Shown in pieces: positions 26,964 to 35,900 of a DNA stretch of 53,202 nucleotides (within the stretch, counting starts at the first letter, position 1; each line of letters starts with the position of its first letter). A model generated the notes under the pieces. That model did not search any database. It worked only from the letters and a program-made list of their open reading frames with translations, and was not told the DNA's origin. Position numbers and translations under genes: made by a program. Source of the stretch: a virus (lineage: Duplodnaviria > Caudoviricetes); IMG/VR virus record IMGVR_UViG_3300033273_000307, positions 1-53,202 of that record; one strand, written 5' to 3'.

Positions 26964-29900
26964 CGTCGCAAGAACCGATACCTTTGAACAACAAAGGGTC
27001 AAAATCAATGAACTCGGTTCTCAGTTATTCCAAATCAGTAGTGGTGGGTCTGACCTATCTACTGGTAATTTGAAACTTGGTGATGGTTCGGTAACGACAC
27101 CATCACTAGCGTTTGTTAATGATACCACATTAGGTGTATACAGATCAAGTAACGGTGTTCTTGGTTTTGCAAGTCAAAGCAAGAAACTTGCTGATTTATC
27201 CGCTAGTTCCACTAAGTATTACAAAGACTTTATTATTGAGAAGAACAGTCTCGACAGTTTGTTCATATCAATTCAAAATGCTGGTCAAAACTATGATGGT
27301 GGTGACTATACAGACATTCCTGCCATTGGCGGTACTGGCGACTCTGCACTATTAGGTCTCACCGTCGATGGTTTCCAAGGTGCTATTTCTAATACTGGTA
27401 CTGGATATACTCCTGGTTCTTATCTAAACATTCCACTGATTGGTGGTAGTGGTAGTGGAGCTCTGATTGATTTTACAGTACCACAAATCTCTGGTGTTGT
27501 CACCAACGCTGGTATCAACTACTATCCTGGAACATATAACAATGTTTCTCTGACAGGTGGTAGTGGCAGTGGCATGGAAGCACAGGTTGAGGTCAGCCTG
27601 TTTGGTGCTACTATCACATCTGGTTCGAACTATCCAGATGGCACCTGGAAGAGTATCCAGATGACAGGTGGTAGTGGTGCTGGAATGAAGTGCAACCTTC
27701 GTGTTGTAAACGGTGGTGTGCAGCAGTTTGGTGGAGTTGACAGCAGTGAGTTTGTATCTGTCACTTCTCAGTATACTGTAGGCGATGTACTAACTGCAGC
27801 AATCACTACAACTGGTACACAAACATTTGAAGTCAAATCTTCCCTTGGTAACCAGTATTTTATTGATGGTTTCTTGGGTGGAGACTTCAACCTCCTAAAA
27901 GGGAAAACTTATGTGTTTGATGTGAGTGATTCTACATCAAATCAACACCCATTTTACATCTCAACTGCAGCAGATGATACCAATGCTCTGATCGATTCTG
28001 CTGATGGTGTTGTTTATGAACTAGATGGCGTTACTGTAACTGGAGTAAACTTCCTTGCTGGTTACTTTAACGCTACATCCAAGATTGTTACTTTCACAGT
28101 ACCAGCAACACCTAATAATAACACACTATTTTACAATTGTAGCGTTCACCCAAATATGGGTGGTCGAATAACTCTAGTTGATCCAAGTCCATCACAGTCT
28201 GGATTCTCTATGACTGTAGATCAACTTGGTGGTGTGATTGAGACTGTTACCATTACAAATGGTGGAGATGGTCTGTATCAATTAAATGATGTTCTATCTG
28301 TCGATCCCTTAGATCTCTATGATGCCAACAGTCTGCAAGCAGCAGTAGAGGGTTCTGGTTTTGCATACACTCTTGGTGGAAACTTTGGATCTATTGATGA
28401 GTTAGATCGTATTTCAAACTTTGGTCTTGGGTATCAGACTGGAGATGTCCTTACACTAGCAACCGCTGTTAATAATGTCAGCACATATGCTAGAGGAGAG
28501 ATTCAATTCCTTGGTGTTACATTTACATCTAATTCTGGTGTTACTGCAATTCAATTTACTGGTAACGCTGCTGGTCCTAATACCACGTATTCAAATATTT
28601 TAGTTTCCACCCTAAACAGTAATGGTTCTGGACTGGTTGTAGATGTCGTTGTCAGTAGTGGTGGTGGAAACACTTTCTATGACTCTGTAATCATCGTCAA
28701 CCCTGGTTCTGGATACTTACCAGGAGATACGCTCTATATCCCTGGAGGATCGCTTGGAGGCGTTTCTGGTGGTGTACCAGGATCTGGTGGTAACGACCTT
28801 GCTATCTCTGTTTCTACTATTGAAGCAGGAAGTCCACAGATTACTGTTCCTTCTACTGCTGGTATTGAAGTTGGTGACGCAGTTGATCTAATTCAAAATA
28901 TTAATAATCCTGGTCAAATTCCTGGTGGAGCTGTTGTTGTTAGTGTTGATAGCGCAACTCAGTTTACGATCTCTGAAGCACCAACTGTCCCTGGTAATGC
29001 AGACCTGAGAGTTACAAACCAAAATCCAACAAACCTTACTGTACCTGATACATCTGGAATCACAACTGGAATGGAAGTTGTGTATGTAAGTGGTGCAGGT
29101 GGACTTATTGCTGGAACAACTGTTACCGCTATTGTAAGTGCAACAGAAGTTACATTGTCTATTGCACCAATTACCGCTGGTGCAATGGTTGTAAACTTTG
29201 AACCAGAATATGGCGGTGGTACAGGATTCCAGTATACTGTTGGTACACTTGGCGTAATTAGCGAAGTAACGGTTATTGATGGTGGTAATGGATATTCTCA
29301 AGGAGATACATTAACTGTCAATCCATTTGACCTCGTACAACCAGAAGTTTACACAGTCACAAACGCTGAAGTTGATATCATTGACTTTGTAAGTAATGTA
29401 ATCCCCGCCGCAACGTTCTCTGTAGGAGATCAGGTAAGAGATGCTGGCGGATCTATCCTTGCATCTACAGTAACCGTTTCTACAACAGTTGCAGGAGCAG
29501 CAGATGGTGTATACACAGCAGTTTCACAGATCAATACATCTGGAAATGGTACTGGCGCTACGTTTGATGTACAAAGAGACAACACAGGTGCTGTTCTTTC
29601 TGCTGTTATTACAACAGGATCTGAGGGATCTTTCTACGCAGTAAACGATACAATTACTCTTGCTGGTGCTTCTGTTGGCGGTTCTACTCCTGCAGACAAC
29701 ATTGTTCTAACAGTTAATGCTGTTAATGACGCAGGAGATCCTGTTACTGTTAGAAAAGTCAATACATCTGGCGGCAATATTACTACTATTGTTATCGACA
29801 CGTTTGGTTTTTCTGATGGAGATGTCCTTGTAAATGAGAATGCTCCTGCTGTTGGTTATGATATCGACACAGCATCACTAGAGTATAGATTCTACATTGA

Positions 29901-32442
29901 TCTAAACGATGGCAACGGTGCTCAAATGACACCATCTTGGACCATGTATGCTGGTAACTCTTACCAGTTTAATTTACAAGATGGATCACTGGGATCACAC
30001 ATCTTTGCTCTATCCCAGTTTAGAGATGGACAATGGGGTCCAAGTAGATTTGAAGGTGTAAGCACAACAGTTTCCACAACATCTAGAAATATCATTGTTG
30101 CAAGCACAACTGGTATGTTTGCTGGAATGGAAGTTGTAAAAGAGTCTGGTGATGGTATTCTAGCAGACGCAACTATAATTGAAGAAGTTGTAAACGGAAC
30201 TACACTAAGACTTAATAATACACCCACAACAGCGGGCGATATTGTAGTAACTGTTCAGGGTGCTGAGTACACTACTGGTGTTACTAGAACAAATCAAGAT
30301 CTAACAATCAAAATTACTGAGAACACCCCAACTCTCTATTACTACTGTGCTACAGAAGATCCTTCTCATGTCAATGAGGGTGGAGATGATAATGACGAGG
30401 CAACTCTAACTATTGATCCAAATAATCCAAAGACATTTGGTACTGGTCTTGAGATTTTAGTTACTGATGTAACCACAGAAGAAATTGTCAAAGGTGAAGT
30501 CCTGACAGGTGAGTTTACTTGTAATCTTCTAACGACTCGGGATATCTCGTCGCCAGACGCTACAATCAATGCACTTGCATCTTCAACAGTTGTTGCTACT
30601 ACTAGTGTAACAACTCCACTGCTCCAACCTGCTTCTGGAAACTTAGATCTGACGGTTCAAGAACCAACACTAGACAGCATCAATTTCACTGCTTTAGCGT
30701 TCAACTTTGGTTCCCAATTTGCTATCACTGGTGCAAGTGGTAACTTAACTACTGCTGGATATCTTGAGTCTCCAGAAATTCGTGTTGGCGCAAACTTAGT
30801 CATTGACTCTGCTACAACATCTATCACATCTCAGAATACTCAAGACATCAGTCTTGTTCCTGACTTGGGTAGAATTGTACATACAAACACTGTTACAGCA
30901 CTTGCAGTCCCTGCTGGTAATACTGCAGAAAGACCTGGACCTGGCATTGTAAGAGATGGTTGCATCCGTTTCAATACAGAAACAAGTCAGTATGAGGGAT
31001 ACAGTGTATCAACCACCACATGGTCTTCTCTTGGTGGTGTTAGAGACCTAGACGGTAACACCTACATTCTAGCAGAAGAGACGATTGGTGCTAATGATAA
31101 TACTCTATGGTTTATCAATGATAATGTCAACACCATTAAGGTAACTCCACAGCATCTGGAGTTCCAGAACATGAAGAAGATTCGTTCTAACAATGTTCTG
31201 GCACCTGATTTTGTTCAATACAATGCTAACACTCCAGTAACGCTAGGTCAATATCTCAAGTATAAAAACAATCTATATGAGGTAACCACCGCAGGTACAA
31301 CTGCTACTACTGGTAATGAACCAACTCATACCACTGGAGCAGAACCAAATGGTTCTGCGGTTCTTACTTTCTGGGGTCTTGCTGTTGCACCACTAGAGTT
31401 TGAAGATATCGAAGAACTCAGAATCGGCAAACTTGGCGGTCTTCCACTGGTTGTTAGTGGAGAATTAAGATTCTTAGACAACGTAATTTCTACTGATGTC
31501 AACGATCTTCTAATCAGACCAAACCCTGGTAAGAAAGTCAAGATTGATACGAATACAACACTGGTCATTCCTAGTGGTACTACAGCAGATAGAGGTGCTG
31601 CTGAAGTTGGTTCTATCAGATTCAACACCAGTGACCAACTATATGAAGGTTATGATGGAACTAACTGGGGATCTCTTGGTGGCGTCAAAGACGTTGATCA
31701 AAACACATATATTATTCCAGAAACATCTCCTGGTGCAAATGAGAACATCCTGTACTTCTACAATGATGGAAACAATACCGTACAGTTGACTACAACTGCT
31801 ATGGACTTCTTCTCTGTAGATACTATTAGATCTCGGACAAGCAACCAGTTTGAAATTACTGCAAACTTGATGACATTCAACAATGCAGAAACCACACTAG
31901 ACAACACTGCAGTAGACACTACTTTCTTACATACATCTAAGCAATACTTTGATCTTGGATTATCTGGTGGTCTAACTGTAGACCCCGTTCTAAGATTGGA
32001 CAACCAGGGTGATGTATATTTCAATACAACATTTGGAACTGGCACATTCACTGGAGTCAAGGTATTTGATGGAGATCTAAAAGAGTTTGAACTTGCTGAT
32101 GTCAAGATTCTAACAGAAAAGATTTCCTTAGTCAAAGGAACTTCCAACAATGGCAACTCTGTTCTATATGAGACTGCAACTAATGCAGGATGTAAGACAG
32201 TTGTTATTGCAACTAACCCAACAACAGGTGATAGTGAGTTCATTGAGTTTGGTGTTACAAATAACACAACTGATGTATATCACACTGAGTATGGAAACCT
32301 GAGAACTGGTGTACAACTCATCATTCCAACCTTCGAAATTACTCCACAGAATGAAGTTAGAATTAATTTCCTACTGGGTCAAAACGTTGCACCAACAAAT
32401 ACAGTAAATATTACTGTATCATCCACCATCACTAAGAAGTAA
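26950..32442 (+). CDS. gp9-like baseplate/tail-fibre connector or fibre protein (1830 aa)
   Basis: N-terminal VARTDTFEQQRVKINE; many GxGY repeats; two cupredoxin-like segments; duplicated IRFNT...YEGY...WxSLGGVxDxDxxTYI module. Confidence 0.78.
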   Translation: MPAVNVARTDTFEQQRVKINELGSQLFQISSGGSDLSTGNLKLGDGSVTTPSLAFVNDTTLGVYRSSNGVLGFASQSKKLADLSASSTKYYKDFIIEKNSLDSLFISIQNAGQNYDGGDYTDIPAIGGTGDSALLGLTVDGFQGAISNTGTGYTPGSYLNIPLIGGSGSGALIDFTVPQISGVVTNAGINYYPGTYNNVSLTGGSGSGMEAQVEVSLFGATITSGSNYPDGTWKSIQMTGGSGAGMKCNLRVVNGGVQQFGGVDSSEFVSVTSQYTVGDVLTAAITTTGTQTFEVKSSLGNQYFIDGFLGGDFNLLKGKTYVFDVSDSTSNQHPFYISTAADDTNALIDSADGVVYELDGVTVTGVNFLAGYFNATSKIVTFTVPATPNNNTLFYNCSVHPNMGGRITLVDPSPSQSGFSMTVDQLGGVIETVTITNGGDGLYQLNDVLSVDPLDLYDANSLQAAVEGSGFAYTLGGNFGSIDELDRISNFGLGYQTGDVLTLATAVNNVSTYARGEIQFLGVTFTSNSGVTAIQFTGNAAGPNTTYSNILVSTLNSNGSGLVVDVVVSSGGGNTFYDSVIIVNPGSGYLPGDTLYIPGGSLGGVSGGVPGSGGNDLAISVSTIEAGSPQITVPSTAGIEVGDAVDLIQNINNPGQIPGGAVVVSVDSATQFTISEAPTVPGNADLRVTNQNPTNLTVPDTSGITTGMEVVYVSGAGGLIAGTTVTAIVSATEVTLSIAPITAGAMVVNFEPEYGGGTGFQYTVGTLGVISEVTVIDGGNGYSQGDTLTVNPFDLVQPEVYTVTNAEVDIIDFVSNVIPAATFSVGDQVRDAGGSILASTVTVSTTVAGAADGVYTAVSQINTSGNGTGATFDVQRDNTGAVLSAVITTGSEGSFYAVNDTITLAGASVGGSTPADNIVLTVNAVNDAGDPVTVRKVNTSGGNITTIVIDTFGFSDGDVLVNENAPAVGYDIDTASLEYRFYIDLNDGNGAQMTPSWTMYAGNSYQFNLQDGSLGSHIFALSQFRDGQWGPSRFEGVSTTVSTTSRNIIVASTTGMFAGMEVVKESGDGILADATIIEEVVNGTTLRLNNTPTTAGDIVVTVQGAEYTTGVTRTNQDLTIKITENTPTLYYYCATEDPSHVNEGGDDNDEATLTIDPNNPKTFGTGLEILVTDVTTEEIVKGEVLTGEFTCNLLTTRDISSPDATINALASSTVVATTSVTTPLLQPASGNLDLTVQEPTLDSINFTALAFNFGSQFAITGASGNLTTAGYLESPEIRVGANLVIDSATTSITSQNTQDISLVPDLGRIVHTNTVTALAVPAGNTAERPGPGIVRDGCIRFNTETSQYEGYSVSTTTWSSLGGVRDLDGNTYILAEETIGANDNTLWFINDNVNTIKVTPQHLEFQNMKKIRSNNVLAPDFVQYNANTPVTLGQYLKYKNNLYEVTTAGTTATTGNEPTHTTGAEPNGSAVLTFWGLAVAPLEFEDIEELRIGKLGGLPLVVSGELRFLDNVISTDVNDLLIRPNPGKKVKIDTNTTLVIPSGTTADRGAAEVGSIRFNTSDQLYEGYDGTNWGSLGGVKDVDQNTYIIPETSPGANENILYFYNDGNNTVQLTTTAMDFFSVDTIRSRTSNQFEITANLMTFNNAETTLDNTAVDTTFLHTSKQYFDLGLSGGLTVDPVLRLDNQGDVYFNTTFGTGTFTGVKVFDGDLKEFELADVKILTEKISLVKGTSNNGNSVLYETATNAGCKTVVIATNPTTGDSEFIEFGVTNNTTDVYHTEYGNLRTGVQLIIPTFEITPQNEVRINFLLGQNVAPTNTVNITVSSTITKK

Positions 32443-32443
32443 A

Positions 32444-32944
32444 ATGCCAGTCAATTTAGAAAAGTTTGATTCTACAGGTGGGTTTTCTATTGATAAAACC
32501 ACTATTGTAGATGAACTAAGAAATGCTAAGGATATAAACACCTTAGAAATCAAAAATTCTGAGTATGCTGATAGTAAAATTACCAGATATATTCTTAGGG
32601 GACTGAACACAGCAGTTCTATCTTTAGATCCTGTTGGTACACAGATTCCCATTGATAGTTCAACACTAAATTTTATTACAGGACATATTATTGCCGTCAA
32701 TCCTCAAGGCGTAGTGTATTCTGCAAAGCAAGAAAGCACAGCATTTTGCGATGGTGCTGGAAATGTTACAGTCATGTCTACGATGACAACAGCTATCAAA
32801 GATGATATTCCCATCGGTCAGACTTGGAGCATTGCACCACAAGGAGCTTCTAATCGTTTTAGTTATAGCACTATCAGAGCAGGTACTACTTCAAATATCA
32901 AGTGGGTAGTTTCTACAGAAGTTGTAAGCATTGCCTGGGCATGA
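32444..32944 (+). CDS. Virion structural/hypothetical protein (166 aa)
   Basis: Beta-rich ORF starting 1 nt after the preceding stop. Confidence 0.8.
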   Translation: MPVNLEKFDSTGGFSIDKTTIVDELRNAKDINTLEIKNSEYADSKITRYILRGLNTAVLSLDPVGTQIPIDSSTLNFITGHIIAVNPQGVVYSAKQESTAFCDGAGNVTVMSTMTTAIKDDIPIGQTWSIAPQGASNRFSYSTIRAGTTSNIKWVVSTEVVSIAWA

Positions 32945-32946
32945 TG

Positions 32947-32953
32947 CTAAATA
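32947..32953 (+). promoter_or_regulatory. T4-like late promoter
   Basis: CTAAATA upstream of ORF 32991. Confidence 0.55.
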
Positions 32954-32990
32954 TAAACGAGGATAAACGGGCTAGGAGCTAGTTGGCACC

Positions 32991-35900
32991 ATGAGTTTTA
33001 ACATTAATTCCGATAAAGAGACTTTTAGAGGTTCAAAACCTGCCTTTATCGGTGATAATGAACTAACAATTAGGGGAGGCGTTGGGGCGGATGAGAAAGA
33101 AATTCTCAGAACTCAACTCGACGCTGATACATCCTTGCCACGTGTTGGTATCAATAGAACTGGACAGAGAGTAAACACTGTAACCGTAACAGATGGTGGT
33201 TCTGGTTACACTGTTGTTCCTTCTGTTACTATTGATCCTCCATCTACTCCTGGTGGTGTACAAGCACTTGCTTCTGCGTTTATCTTCAATGGCAGAGTAA
33301 TCAACGTTGCTGTCAACAACCCTGGTAGTGGATATACAACTGCTCCTAATGCTGTAATTACTGGCGGTGGCGGTGGTGCTGGTGCTACAGCAACCGTACA
33401 ACTTGACACAGTTGATTTTGAACTTGACATCAATGGTGCTATTAGAACCTCTACGTCTATCATTTCTGATACGGCGAGAATTCTAAACCTTGATATCGAC
33501 AACTTTATCACACCAGACCTACAATTAAGAGGTCCAAATTTTAAAACATATGTCAACAACACAGGTACTCCCTGGGCTGACAATGTTATTATCCAAAAAG
33601 ATTCTTACAGATATTTTGGTGCTAATGTTTATCAAGCACTAAACACTGGACAGACTGGATCCGATGCACCTGAGCATGTAGATGGTGTAGAACTAAACGG
33701 AGAAGTCAACTTCAAACATATTGGTTTCCGAGTTATTGACGAGGAAGCATTTGGTTACAATACTACTGGAGAAGCAGGCGTATTCCCAAGATCTATCACA
33801 CCACTATTAGGTGATAGATCGGACAAGATTGCGACTACAGAATACGTTCTAAACCTAGCAACCAACGACGTTGGTGGCAGAATCTATGTTTCTCAGCAGA
33901 TTGGTTCTGACGAAAACGATGGTCGCTCTGCTGTCAGTCCTGTTCGTACAATCAAGAAGGCAGCACAACTAGCGTGGGCAACTCCTGGTGTCAAAGAAAC
34001 ACTGATTGTTTCTGGTGGCGATTATGTAGAAGATAACCCAATCTCACTACCACCCGATTGCTCGGTTGTGGGTGATAACTTGCGTCTGGTAATTATCAGA
34101 CCCGCTAACCCCAAGAAGCACATCTTTAAGTTTGGTGATAAGAACTACGTTATTGGTGTTACCTATAGAGACCAAGTTGACGCATTTGGAGATTCTGTCG
34201 CAACTTGGGACTTTGCGATGGTCTTTGACGATAAACAGCGTGTTATCGTTGACTATGATACTAATGGAGATTTTGGAACTAACTTCCCAATCGGTCACCA
34301 GATTTTTGGACCTGATCAGTTCCGCTTAGCTTTCCAAGATAACACAGGTTTATCACAACTACAAACTGGTCTAGAGATTGTTGGTATCAACTCGGGTGCT
34401 AGAGCAGAAGTTATTGATGTATCTTTTACAACCACAATTGGTGCTAGTGCATACCTAACAGGTACAATTGATGTTACTCTGAAGTCTGGTTCTTTTATTC
34501 AGGGTGAAAGTTTTAGATACCTGATCAGCGGTTCTGATGGTGGTAGTTTACTACAGTCATCGTCAGAAATCTACGCATCAAATACTCTTAAGTTTAGCAG
34601 CAATCCAGAAAGCGTATCATTTACTGGTGGCGTTTATGTTGCTATCGATGACGTTCCAAATACATTCTTCACTGGAACTCAATTCTACGAAATCATTGAG
34701 GTAAATGATAACGAGGATGTTGAGAATAGCATTCCTGCTACAGAGTGGTATGTGTCATTCTCCCCAATTTTGGGAGCACCTACCTTTGATACTATTGGAC
34801 CATGTAACTTCACTATCAATGATGCAAATATCATTGAAGAAGAAATTGATACCACTGATCTAACTTCGATTAGAGCAGAAGGTGAAGTTGTATCCGTTGA
34901 TGAGAACATCACGGCAACTCTCCCCATTGTAAAAATTGACTTCTCTTTACAGGGAGATCCATCTATTGCTCAGGATGGTGTACATTCTGCACAATTTGGT
35001 AATGCCGAAGACCTTGGTGGTGTTATATTCTACACTAGTGAACTAGTCGGTAGAACAAACTTCCACGATTTCAAAGAAGGTCAAGAGATTGAAATTAGCG
35101 GTCTTCCTACTGCTGGTCCTGATCTGTCTGCATTAAATGGTAAGCAGAGGATCTACAAAGTTATTGAAGATGCTGATGGTCGCTGCAGAAGATTTGTAAT
35201 TCCCAAGAAGTTCCCAGCAATTGCAGACGCTAACTTCCAACCAGGATCCAGTGCTGTTGTCAAGTCATACTCCAAGAGTATCACTCTAAGCCTACTAAAC
35301 TCTCCAAACAAATTCCCACTATCTTCTCCTGTCGATAGAAGATACCAGGATGCTGTTACCTTCATCCGTAACAACAGAGATTTCATCGCTGATGAAGTTG
35401 TAGGAAAGATCAACGATCAATTCAAGAAAGAATACTACTCTGTATATGATATTGGCGGTGCTGTAGATTCCTCTTACACTCCAACTAATGTAACATACGA
35501 TCCTGCTACAGGCGATGCTGTATTCACAGTAGCAAGTCATGGTCTGTCAGTTGGTGATGGTATTAAAATTGCTGATGAATCCATCACATTTACATGTACG
35601 ATGGATGGTAACAAGACAGAGCACGCTCTGCCTGAGTCTGATCAGTATGCAAGTGGAAAAGCACTTCCTATCACTGCTGCAGACACAAATACCTTTACTG
35701 TAAATGTAGGTGCATCTGGAGCAGATCAACAGTGGACTCCATCAGGTGCTGCTTATGATCCTGCTACTGGCAATCTAGTCCTCACAATCGGTACACATAC
35801 ACTTTCTGTTGGAGAAGGTATTGTCATCGATGACAACTCCTTGTCGTTCACTTGCGACATGGATGGCAACCAGTCAGTCAAGACATATCCACGTCCTGGT

